Below, in pieces: positions 1 to 12,014 of a stretch of 64,000 nucleotides of DNA. Under the pieces are notes generated by a model that was not told the origin of the DNA, did not search any database, and saw only the letters and a program-made list of their open reading frames with translations. A program made the position numbers and the translations under genes. Location: NCBI GenBank assembly GCA_047495785.1, contig JBLDXI010000036.1, positions 248,001 through 312,000 of the forward strand, in the 5' to 3' direction. How positions within the stretch are numbered: position 1 is the first letter of the stretch; the number at the start of each line of letters is the position of its first letter. The stretch comes from Lepidodermella squamata. Its lineage: Eukaryota > Animalia > Gastrotricha.

Positions 1-28
1 TAGCAATCATTCGCTTTAATATTCACAG

Positions 29-2748
29 CCGTCACTGCTGTGTTCTTCGCCGAGTGGCTTCGTTTGCCGAGACTCCTGCCCGCCCCCGATGACATTGGTA
101 GTTCACTTGAAGTTGACTCTACAAAATTATCTACTACATATTCAGGTTTCGATATTCAACTCCCAAAAAAGCGCTGCTGAAAACAACGCTTATTGCCTAG
201 ACGAATTGGTTTGAATCCTAATCATCTGCTTCCATTTGCCATGATATCATCTTTCAAACCCGACAATAGAAACCCCATAAAATCTGCGTCGATCAAACCT
301 CGTACAAATTTGTGAAATGCATTCCGGTATCTAATTACACATGGTGCCCTACCGGAATTATAACGGGAGCAACCTTCAACAACTCGATCGAGTGCGCAAA
401 TGGTAAGCATTGATCATCGCTTGATTTAATTTTAATATTAGAAAATTGATATACAGCACCATCAACCATGTATCCTCATCGCCGATGCTTCGAACCTTTG
501 GGGTTGACATTTCCAGGATGTAAACAAGCCCCACAGCAGTGTGATGGCAACAATGTAAGATTTTCCTTGGTAGTTTCCATATTTTCCTAAATTTCCTTTC
601 CTTCAAGACGCTGAGTCCAACTGTCTATATTACTAAAGCGGAATGCGAGGCAGGGGTAAGATTTTCAGACTTCCTTTTGGGAACATTTCCCTGGTTCCTT
701 TAATTATGCCGTTATAGCGAATTCGAGTATGTTATGATGGAACGAATGGTGGCAGCTGTCTTGAAACTTGCCCTACTGGGCCCGGGAAATATGATGTAAG
801 ATAGATATTATGAAAAAATCAGACGGAAATACGTAAATTCACATTACAGCTTGGCCTCGTAGGATCCCCCGACTCTCTGTCTAAATCTTTTGATAGCTGC
901 CGAACTTTCATGGAGGTAACATTTCTATCTTGAAAATAATTTCATGTCATTTGGCGTTGTGTATCCTTACTAGGGCAAACACGTCAATTGCGTCAACAGT
1001 GTGACAAAATTTGCTGTTGTTTGCATGCCACAATCGATGAATTGCCCAGCTAATACGGTAAAGTCAATTGTAATAGGTTTAGATATGCATCTAGAAAGGT
1101 ATTATTGCAGACATCGTGGGCCAATGGTCAGCTCTACGACAACTTGAACCAGTGCCTGATAAACAAGTAAGATACATTTATCCTTAGAAGTTAGAAATAA
1201 GTTGCTAGTTGCTACTTTCCCTAACCAAAAGCCGAACAACAGGGGGGCCCCTTATATTTTCTATCCTCGCCCCTGAGAGATGCAAGAGGGAACCCTTACC
1301 TCCTATATCCCCCTTTCGGTAAAATTCCCATCTTCTACACCGGGGAAAATGCTGTTTGCTACCTCTTTGTAGCTGGGTCTAGTAGGATCACCTTATTAGC
1401 TAGACTTTTCCCAGCCAACGTTTTAATAGCGGGAGGGAGCAGGGTGCGATCTTCGATCCCCGAGCTCCCAGGGATGGAAAAAACTTTATTGCTGTATTTG
1501 CCAAAATGACGAGTCATTTGGGCTTATAACCGAGCGAAGCGAGAAAATTTTGGAAAATTTCCACTAAAACACGTCCCAGAACCTCCCAAAATTAACAAAA
1601 CAGTAGGATAAATTCTCATTTTGTTGTTTGGCCCCTCCGAGGGGGGATGATCCCCCCATTCCCCCCCCCCCCCCTCCCTCCTGAAAGTCGCACACTGGGA
1701 GGGAGACTCTTGTGCTTTTCCAGAGAACTCTACTTCCCAAAGCAGTAATTTTCGCTGATTTTCAGACCGTCCCTGGAAAATGACGAGAAATTAAAATTTC
1801 GCATTTATCTGCATGTTTTTCTGTTTTTTCTGGCCTCCGCTGCAAATGAAGTTTTCATTAAAAATAGATGAGCACAGCGTGGTCGAATTATCTAGAAACC
1901 GATGAAAAATTGATAGGTCGGAAAATCTATCCCCTCCGGCGCCTTATGGGAAGATGTTGAGTCATCTTGGCGATCTCTCTGGATCTCTAACCGTAAATGA
2001 TCTTTTAGCGAGACTTTGACCGCCCAATGTCATTCGACGAGATGGGGTTTTAGGTCTAGATGACACCCTAACCTATCCTGACTCTTCTTCTTTCTGATCT
2101 TCTCTCTGATCTTCTTCTTTCTTCATCTTTCGAGACTCAGTCTTCGTAGATGATCCCATAAGGCGCAGGAGGGGGCTGAAAGAAGAGGCCTGCAAATAAG
2201 CTAATTTCCGCGGTCGGATCGCTCCAATACTCTATCCACTTTTTTGTTCTGAATTCTACAGCTTCTACCGATGTGAAGCGACTGGCGGCTCCGCTATCTG
2301 CCGGCCAAGTGGCTGTTCGGCCGGTGAAACTCGCTTCCCGCCTAACACTTTGTTCCCGAGCCAGACAAGCTGCCAGACCGCCATTAAACAGTTCACCGCC
2401 TTACCTAAAGGAGGTACGGCTTTGAATAAAGCCGCTGCCATGAATGTTTGCACCGCTGACGCTGGCCGCATAGCAATGCCGAAAACATCTGACGACCTGG
2501 CATCAGTCAAGCGAGTCGCTGTAAACAGTGGCGTGTCACAAGTGTGGATTGGCATGGTTCAGCATGCAGGCGTACGGACGTGGCAGGACGGATCGCCGTA
2601 CATATATAATTCAATTGATTGGATTCCCCGCGATGGCGAATGCGTTACAATGTTCAGTTTGTTCGGCGACTACAAGTTCACACTCGAATACTGCACTACC
2701 GTAATTTCCAGTGCTGTTGCTATATGCGAGAAGTTCATTATTGTCTGA
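29..2748 (+). CDS. Cys-repeat stalk + C-type lectin-like protein, subfamily A (gene 1, 5' part outside window; spliced)
   Basis: GT-AG micro-exons read PSLLCSSPSGFVCRDSCPPPMTL / KPHKICVDQTSYKFVKCIP / APSTMYPHRRCFEP / RIRVCYDGTNGGSC / GKHVNCVNS / TSWANGQLYDNLNQC. Terminal exon 2262-2748 has CTLD hallmarks (C..GRIAMPKT, WIGM, WQDGS, CV, ICE). Confidence 0.85.
1440..1697. mobile_element. hAT-type MITE (family copy 1)
   Basis: Termini CAGGGTGCGA...TCGCACACTG, 8-bp TSD GGAGGGAG on both sides; closely similar copy in opposite orientation at 9937-10184. Confidence 0.85.
1931..2175. repeat. MITE-like inverted repeat in last intron of gene 1
   Basis: cccctccggcgccttatggga ... tcccataaggcgcaggaggggg inverted termini; no clear TSD. 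Confidence 0.5.
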
Positions 2749-3168
2749 AGATGAAGCTGAAGATGAGCGTCGCTGTTACAATATTTGACAATATTTACAT
2801 TTCCAATCATGAAATTTTCTGCTGATACTACCTTTTATTAGTTTGAGTCTGATGCCGAATCTTCATGAGTAGCTTTGCCGCTGTACAGTAAATACAGCTT
2901 TTTCTTGTTCATTTAAAGATAGCATAAGCCGAATGCCTTTAAAATTAGCAGCGTTCCAATAGAAAAAGCGAAAATGCTGCTCAAGTTTATGTGCAGTGTG
3001 CAGTAAAACAGTGAAAAATGAATGAGAATGAGCGATATTTTCGTGTTTGAAATCGCGTGTCTCGTGACGTATTTGCGGCCATTTAAAATAGCCACGCGAT
3101 CACCTGCATTTTGAAACTGAATAAAAAGGATTTTTTTTCGTTCATTTCATTTATTCCATCTGCGGAAA

Positions 3169-5218
3169 ATGTACGAATTACTGCGAGTTATTCTAAGCTT
3201 CACATTAGCTGGTGCAGCTTTTTCAGCTGACTATAGACGCTGCTTCTCCCGACTGAACGATAGCTTCACCGGATGTAAAACGGCATGCTCCATTCTCGAC
3301 GAAGTCCAGGCAAGTTATCATGCTATTTAGTGATCAGTGATTCCGCAACAGCGGTCGAATTTTCAGCTTGGCTTGGCCCTGCCTTCACTAGCCAGTTGCC
3401 TGGATGGGGTATAGATTTTAAATAGCCTTCAATAAAAGAAAAAATAAAATCATTTTAACAGTCGGCTCGAAGCTGCTTCAACTACAAAACAATCAACATG
3501 CGATGTATCCCTCGAAATTTAGGCTGTTCCAAGGCCGATGAAGTTATGGTATGAGAAGCTTTGTCCTCGTTCCTTTTCATCTGTTGATTTGGTTTGCTTT
3601 TTAGACAGCTGAGTTCATTGGCCTCAACTTCGAAGCCCAGTATAAACTATGCAGATCGACGATTGGAAACTTTTTAGTAGCTTGTTTTACTTTTCGAAAT
3701 CAGGCAAATCTCCTGGAATTTCTGATTAGAATAGCAAAGCCACGCTGTGCAGCAATAACGGTCAGCTGACTTGCATCCCGACTAACGGCCCGTGTCCAGT
3801 CGGAGGGGTGAGTTCGAGCTGCCCAAGCCTGTACTGAATAAATTTTAAAATTTTTGTAAAAAAATTCGAGTTCGTTTGAAATTCAGACGACAAAGGACAG
3901 AGGCAGCAATTTCTAAAACTGAAATACATATACTCAATCAATATTAATATTCTCACTTCTTACACAAATATTGAAAAGGCACTGACACTACTCACTTGGG
4001 CCATTCCTATGAGAATCATTTTTTTCAGAATGTGGTTGGACCTTGGTCGACAACACGCGAATGTTTGGCGCAAGCAAATCGTACGTTTCCGCATCTAAAC
4101 TTTTTCTGTGAAGCTCGAGAAAATATTCCTATTCTATTCCTATTCCCTTGAATTCTCTACAATGCTCACTAAATGGAATTTTTTCTCCTCTTATACTCTA
4201 ATTTTCCCCGGAATATCTTCCAGTCAGACGCAACGATGCCGATTTTCTGCCGCACTATCGATGCTTCATGCAGAGCGATCGCTTCTTCGTCGGTTGTCAG
4301 TCCTCGCCCTGCAATTCGACTAACATGACTCAAGTAAGGATTCGAAAAATATTTGTTGAACAAATTTTATTTTTTTTTCCAAATTTTCAGGCCTACAGCC
4401 TTGGCACTTACATCGACAAAGCTCACTGCCTAAATGGCGTTAGTTCGATTTTTTATTTATTCCTTTCCTTAGTTCTACCTACTCCACAGCCAGCAGCGAC
4501 TTGCTCTTCATCGAACGGACTGGTCTGCCGTAATAACTGTCCTTCACCGATGACAATGGTAAGAACTTTGAATAAGTATGACAATTCTGGAAAAAATGCC
4601 AATAATCAGGTCTCAGCATTTAAATCGAAAACCGACTTTGCAAGCAACTACGCTGACTGCCTCCAAACCCTGTAACAAAATCTATCTTTCAGTTTTCAAT
4701 CAAGTTTCTTCATTTGTTTGTTCCAATTTTCCAGCTGCATTCGATGCGAAGCTGCTGATGGGTCTGTAAACTGCCGAGCTAGCAGCGGTCACTGCCAGGC
4801 CAATGAAACCCGTTTCCCGCCCTCTGCAGTCTATCCGAGTTTACAAAACTGCGAAAGCGCAACAAAGCAGTTTTTCCTAATGAATGGCGTTAATGTTCCA
4901 TTGAACAAAACAGATGCTGCAAAGCGATGCATCAACAGCAATGGTCGATTGGCTATGCCGAAAACGGATGCCGAGTTTGACGTGGCAAGGAACCGTACTG
5001 GATCCTCCTCAACATGGATAGGCATGTCGCAATCAGCTGACGGCACGCTGACGTGGGACGATGGTTCACCGTACACGTACAAGGATGAGGAATGGGCGTT
5101 TCGCGTCGTTCAGAATAAATGCGTAGCTTTCACGTTTGTTGGACCCGAAGGCTTCAAGTACTTTGCCATGCCTTGTGCCGATTATGCCATAGCATGGATG
5201 TGCGAGACTTATTCTTAA
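3169..5218 (+). CDS. Cys-repeat stalk + CTLD protein, subfamily A, short-stalk form (gene 2; spliced)
   Basis: ATG 3169, signal peptide MYELLRVILSFTLAGAAFSA, then DYRRCFSRLND. Micro-exons are homologous to paralogs; terminal CTLD exon 4735-5218 ends WMCETYS*. Confidence 0.88.
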
Positions 5219-6363
5219 CGCAACAATCCTTTACGAGGCAAGGTCTTCATGCCAAAATCAAACAATCGGCTCTTCATTTATTAACATATATATGTTCTGC
5301 CATAACTTAATTCAAAGTATGCAGTACTGATGTTGAAGTAAATAAATCTCAGTTATGTACGAATGTATTGCCAGTTCTTGTTTCGAATTCCGAGGCCAGC
5401 TCCTCTGCTCAATTTGTGTTGAGTGTTATTGAACAAGAGAAAGCTCATAACATTCTGCATCGCTCCTATTTGTACCGTTCTGGAATCTGTGTTGGGGCAA
5501 ATTGTGACACAGGCTCTCAAAGTCCTTTAAGCCTTGATTTTTTAAGGAATTTTTATGATGCAGCTTCAACATTTATAGCGTAGGCTCTACTGCCTTTTTT
5601 TACCAGGGATCTACTACGGGCGCCTGGATGTAGTGAGGGCTACAATTCGTGCATTTCTTGTGAAAAAATTAGGAATTTTAAATGCTAAATTCGAATAATT
5701 TTGGCAGTATTGTAATGGCAAGAGTGTACAGTCTCTTATTATTTGTCTTCGGAAAATTCGAAGAATTTATAAAATAGCCTGAATATGAAACTATCAACCC
5801 TCTCTGAAGCAAATTTATATCAAAAGAAGACATTTCAGTTTCTCTCCCATTCCCATTCCCTCAACTCAAAATGTTTCCCCAATTAACCAATCATGTTAAA
5901 TCTTGATTATTTTTATGAAGTTCGATTTAATGAAGGTCGGGGACCTTATATCAGGTTTTCGACCCTAACTCATGTTTCAGCTTCAAGCTTCAATATGGTT
6001 CAGGCTTTGTTTGAACATCTGCGTAAATGGCCACTGGGAAATTGTTGTGAATTTAGCTTTAGCCATGGCAAATTGGAAATATCACCAGAAAAATCGTATA
6101 TATATATCCTCGAGAGGGATTTTTATGACTTTGATGACTTTCTGAGGTTGAGATGACGTCAAATGAAAAGCATCGACTACAGCATCTCTAAAGCAACCGA
6201 AGTAATTAAATAAAGTCTCCATGACATCGCACTGTATGGGCGAAACGAATGGATATCATGAGACATTTTATTCCTGTTTCATCACGCTTATATATCACAT
6301 TTTCTCACTTCTCACAATCTAGCTGTTCTTTCACTCTTAATGCGTACGACTCGTTAAGGGGGT

Positions 6364-9300
6364 TTACAGAATGTCTCCAAGAAATTGTCGCTGACAAAGT
6401 GTCTTCGCTTGAGCCCAACAGCTGGCTGTAGTCAGATTCCCGCTAGCCGTGAGTTGGACGCCTGAAAAACTCGAATAGACGAATTCAATTGCTGTACTTC
6501 CAGAGCTTACATTGGCCCCCACTTGGCTCGCCGGCATTCCAGCGTCCAGTTGGAATATCGCCTTCTACATTTATCCACGCGTAGGAACTAGCGTCACTCG
6601 ATAAACGGCGACCAGCTATCCACAACGGGCCGTTGTACCCACCGTTTTCGTCAATTGCCTGCAACGCTGCGTCGTACGAAGCTTTATCCTTCAGAATAGC
6701 CAATTTCTTGTGATCATTAGCCTCGCAGTAGGTCAGAGCTACGTCCCAGGTCATGGTGGAGCTGATAACAGCGTAGTATCCCTATTCCGCCATAAAATCT
6801 CAACGATTCGAAGCAACTTCTAAAAAATTACGTCCGTCGTTTCGCAAAGAATGCCGAGATTTGAGTTGCATGGATTGGCGTTGAAGCCTTCGCGAGCTTC
6901 GAAGTAATTTAATGTCAAACCTATGACTAAAGTCTTGCATAAATTGTTGCTTGACAGGCTATCAACTCACATTCTCCATCACCTGGCTGGTCGGGCTCGA
7001 AGCCGGCTGGAATGCCCCTCCATTCCACTGGTGAATCGTTTATCCACGTGAAGGGCGAAGCGAAACCAATGAATGTAGGCTCGGTGATCAGTGCTTTCGC
7101 TGCGTCGAAATCAGCTTGGGTTCGGAGGATAGCGGGCCGGTGCCACTTGCTGAAGCAATAATTGATCCCGCCAAAGAAAGTTCCCGAATCCGGGGACAGG
7201 TTGTACTTGGCTATTGGGAAGGCACTGAGAAGCTTTTTCGTGGTTAATCATCAAATTACCTATTTCACAGCTGTCGCCCATCCAGCCTCCGGCGCAGCTG
7301 CATCGACCCGCGTCGAAGCACTTGCCCGGCTCGGGGTTAACGCACTTCGCGTCGCACGGTGCTGATAGAGATTTCAAATTCGAATATTAGTTGGATGACT
7401 AGCTCTTCAACTTACCAACCGATCGCTCGCAAATCATTTTCGCCTTCGAAGTCACTACATCGGTTTTCAGCTCGCCATCGGACGTCAGTTTCACCCCTTG
7501 ACCGAATAATCAATGTTCAGACTCTTTACATTCGAATACTCGCGATTAATTTGGTCTAAAAACGTACCGGCGTTTTGTTTCAAGGCCGATGGTTCACCAG
7601 ATTTCCAGGTGATTCCACTGCTATTCGAGATCCCATCACCATTTACCCATACAAAATTTGCCGGCTGGGAACGGATCGCTCCGATAGCGGCTAACTGCAG
7701 CCCTCCCGAGCCAGCGTTCATCTTACTTATCGCATCGCTGTAGGAGTCGAAATCGTCCAGCAAAGGAGAGTACATCCATTTTGGTGAGCATCTGCTTTTC
7801 GCTTCTTGCAAGGTGATAGCTTCATCAACGGAGTATCGACGAACCCTTTCCTGAAAATGGAATCGACGCTATTTCAGAAGACCTCCGAAGTTTCGGAAAT
7901 TAAAGGACTCACCTGATCGTCCTGGCATAGGTAGAAAGAGAAAGTCGTGTTATTGCAGTCTACATCGCGAAACCCATTTTCCGAGGCATTGTTCGAGTTC
8001 GAAAACAGAGCAACGCCTATAGTAGGAAACCGATGAGGAGAAGCTGTGATCTATAACTGAAACTTACAATCCCCAGCCCCGCTCGGATATCCAGGCGACC
8101 ATGAACCTCGCGCAAGCCAGTCGACATTCGTTGAGTGGCGATCTTCCCACGTGAAGCTAGCCATTGCCCCGAGCCACGCTTCACTGAACCCGCCGTCAGC
8201 TATTATCTTCTTCACCGCATTCACATCGCTGCGGGTTTTGAGAACCGCTGGGCGATCGCCGTTTGCCTGGCAATATTTCGAATAGCTGCTGAAATCAGTT
8301 GGAGCAGCTGATGGCATGTAAAACTTGGCTGTTTGAGGATAATTTCTCTATCAGAACGATTTCAGCCCAAGTAAGAGGCTTTACCTAAGCTGCAATTAGC
8401 GCCGTAGTAGCCGTCGATACAGTTACATACATTTCCTGAGCTGCAAGTTGCCGTTGGTGGGCACGGTGGATTGCAAGCGACTAATTCAATGGAAAATTGA
8501 ATAAGAGATAGAAAATATCGGGAACTTTCAAGTAAAGTAAAGTAAAGTAAACTTTGTGCGATTTTGGACCTAGAGCTGCCAGGAACGAACAACAATTTAT
8601 TGGCGAAAACGAATAGTGGTTTCAGCCCTTAATTAATTAATAAGAAAATCTTACTTATTTCACACAAATTGCCAGTGTGAGTAGCTGGGCATTTGCAGGT
8701 CCCAGCCGTCTTGTTGAATGTGCCTCCATTCAGACACGGGGATTGTTCCTAATAATATAAAGGAACACGTTAAATTTTCCATTTTCCCCAAAGATAGAGA
8801 CTTCACCTTGCTCAGATCGGCCAGGCAGTTAGCGTAATTTTCCGCGAACCTCGTGGAATTATTGAACAGCTTTACCTAAGTGAGCAGTATCCGAATATTA
8901 CCAGTCGGGAAACTTGAAAAAAATAATACCAAGTTTGCTCCTTTAGGGCAGAAGTTGTAGCAAGTGACGTTACCAGAACTGTCGCATTGAACAGCTTGCT
9001 GTTAAGAAATCGAGAGTCATATTGAATTGCCAGGCAATTTATTTAAAAAGCTCACCCCTGTCTCGCAGTTCTCCTTGAAGCGATAGGTCAGAAACGAATA
9101 TGCAGCTGTTTCGTTCGAGGCGCACTTCGTTGAATCGAGTCGGCAGCCTACAAAAGAACGCGTGTCTTTGTTGAAGCAGCGAACTTGCGGCTTGTAATCA
9201 TCCGGAACTTGCACTGAAAAACGGAGCAAAGCGCCAAGGCTTTTCTTGGCGGAATAAAGACGGAGCTAACTCATCCCGTTCAGGCAAGGTTGTAAGCTAT

Positions 9301-10880
9301 TGAAGCCTGGTTGTGACAACTGTGAAAAAATTTAGGCAAATCAGAGGCAAACAGACGGCGAATGTCATCATACGGTGGTATTAGCCGGGCAGTTTACTGA
9401 CGAGGGAATGCAGGTTACGATGATTCCACTGCCAGACGAGCAACGCGTGAAGGCTTGGTTCTGCGTGGATATTAAGAGTCTGACGTAGGATTTTCATAGA
9501 AAAATAGGATCACTTACTGCAAAATTATCAATCACCTGTTGGCACAGCGCCAAATTCTGCTTTATATAAACCGAGGCATAATTGAATCGTTTTATCTGCG
9601 AACGAAAATACTTCAAATTAATGGCGAATTCGAATTTTAACCCGTTAGCGCCCAGACCTAGTTTCCTGAGGCACCTAACTATAAAACTTTCTACAAATAG
9701 AGTTTAAAGGCAAATTAGAGCAACAAAATTTGAAATTTTTGTTTGACCGACCTGATTCTTAAGGTTCATAGGTTCTTTCCACAATTCTGAATTTTGGGGA
9801 AATTCTAATTATAACTTTTCAAATACTAATGATCTTCAAAAGTATTGAAAAGTTTATTTTTTAGTTTCAGTTTGAAGAGGTTGAACCGAGAGTTGAGTTG
9901 AACCTGCGAGTCGGATCAAAGTTTGAGCTTTGTGCACAGTGTGCGACTTTCAGGGGGGGATGGGGGGGATCATCCCCCCCAGCTCGGCCGGGCCAGACAG
10001 CAAAATGAGAATTTATCCCACTGTTTTGTTAATCTTGGAAGGTTCTGGGGCGTGTTTTAGTGGAAAATCTCCAAAATTTTCTCGCTTCGCTCGGTTATTA
10101 GCCGAAATGACTCGTTATTTTGGCAAAAAAAGCAAACAAAATTTTTCCATCCCCGGGAGCTCAGGGATCGAAGATCGTACCCTGTTTGTGCATTGGAAGT
10201 CTAGAAATCATCATCTCCAAGCGGGGCAAATTCACTCGGGTTACGAGGCTACGGGAATTATCGGATCCCCCACCTCGAGATTCGAGGTTTCTCAGCAGGA
10301 AAATTTGAAAAACCACCGAGGGACCTTTTGTACAGATAAATTTGAGACTGAAAATGCAATCAATAAATTCCCAAACTCCAAACGTGATGCTACTTTTTAT
10401 TTTGTTATTCATCTTAAAATTTAGTGTTAGGGGGGTTAAAAACTATTATTTTAAATGCCCCTAAGGTGGCCTTTACTTACCTCAATTTCCTCGGCGGGAA
10501 GAGGAATAATTCCTGGCCGGCAGATAGGAGTCAGGGCTTTGTACTTGTAAGCCAATCTTGCAGTCTAGGAAGGCATTATTTCAGGTGGAGAAAATGTAGG
10601 ATAGCAAATAATTTACCCCTTGCATGCACAATTGATAGCTCGCAAACCTGGCGTTCCCGATCTAGATAAGTACTACAGATTTAACGCAGCCTTTCTGGTG
10701 GACTGAATCTCGTACCTTGGTTTCCATCGTTATACTACAGCCGGCTGTTAGCCTTCGGCAATCCACGAAGTTGCTGTCGAATTGGGAGAAACATCGAATG
10801 AAATCCTGGCCGGCTGCAACATCAAAGGAAAGGGCGACAATAAGAACCACAATCAATTCAACAGTGTTTAGAGAAGCCAT
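6364..10880 (-). CDS. Cys-repeat stalk + EGF/multi-CTLD secreted protein, subfamily B (gene 3; spliced)
   Basis: Signal peptide MASLNTVELIVVLIVALSFDVAAG, RCFSQF stalk, EGF-like exons (PCLNGG..CKCP..HTGNLC; CNCIDGYYGANC; CSCAGGWMGDSC) and four CTLDs (approx. 8330-7915, 7850-7415, 7210-6835, 6780-6364) with WLG/WIAG and WxxGEPS motifs; stop TAA at 6364-6366. Confidence 0.8.
9937..10184. mobile_element. hAT-type MITE (family copy 2)
   Basis: CAGTGTGCGA...TCGTACCCTG termini, 8-bp TSD TTTGTGCA; homologous to 1440-1697. Confidence 0.85.
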
Positions 10881-11070
10881 ATCATTATTTATATATGGAG
10901 AAATAAATTTTGCGAATGAACGCGTAAAAAAACATGAACTGGCTCGTGCCGAAAAGTCGCGTGTGAAATTATTTTGTAAGCCGAATTGTAAACAGCTTAA
11001 CTGGCTCGAACTGAATGGTTCAAATTTCACATAATATCGCCGTGAATGAATAAATGACGCATCCGCTTGC

Positions 11071-11849
11071 CATAGATAAATAAAAAAGAGAGATCTGACA
11101 CGCTAGTACATTTATGTGTGCCGAAATGATTCATCAAGAGTTTTTGCTTTTTGGTCGCGTGACCTGAAAATCACTTGTCAACATCACTATAAAAAATACG
11201 GCATAATCAACGCAATTGACAAGTGATTTCGGGAGGCTGCTTAACCTCAATTTATCTCAAAACAAACCCCCTTCGATTTTCTCGAAAAAAATAGGGCATG
11301 TAGATCTCACCTTCAACTCAACGCTTGTCTAATCGGAATTTCAGGCCAGGGATTGGTTGTTGGTAGAAAAATTCTGAAAGAAGCACGTTTCCGCGCAGTG
11401 ATTATTATTGCTTTTACTAGCTTTGTGCAAAAAATCGCGTGATGAATCACGGCGTCATCTGCAATAATTATAATTCACGCCACCAAAAAAACTTGCAATC
11501 AGCCCAGCGCCATTAAATTGATTGCTGAAATGTGGAAGGTTTGAAAAATTCTAGAAAAATAACGGAAGGCCGGCCGCAAATTCGGAAAAAATGTAGATAT
11601 GGCTCGAGTTTGATACTTCAAAATAAAATTAGTTCAAAAAAAATCGAAGGGGGTGTGTTTTGAGATAAATTGAGGTGAAGAAGCCACCCGAAATCACTTT
11701 TCAATTGCGTTGATTATGCCGTATTTTTTATAGTGATGTTGACAAGTGATTTTCAGGTCACGCGACCAAAAAGCAAAAACTCTTGATGAATCATTTCGGC
11801 ACACATAAATGTACTAGCGTGTCAGATCTCTCTTTTTTATTTATCTATG
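11071..11849. mobile_element. Non-autonomous long-TIR DNA transposon, P-superfamily-like
   Basis: About 210-bp near-perfect inverted arms beginning CATAGATAAATAAA; 8-bp TSD CCGCTTGC (11063-11070 and 11850-11857). A CANRG terminus with an 8-bp TSD fits P-like elements (hAT not excluded). Confidence 0.85.
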
Positions 11850-12014
11850 CCGCTTGCCCAGGTTGGTTGGCAAAGTTTCTCAGGAACATTCTATTTTCCA
11901 TTCTATTTTCGTATTCTGATAATCTGCGGTAAGGGGCATACATATTGAGCGGAATTCATTTCTTCACAGCGCTATCATTTCTAGTTAGTAAGTAGTTTAG
12001 CTTTCCAAGTTTAC

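Noticed and set aside
7000-7030. Apparent in-frame stop in the third CTLD of gene 3
   Set aside because: Careful reading gives SPVEWRGIPAGFEPDQPG with no stop.
9930-10424. 164-aa plus-strand ORF
   Set aside because: Runs through the hAT MITE inside an intron of gene 3; non-ATG start and no protein features.
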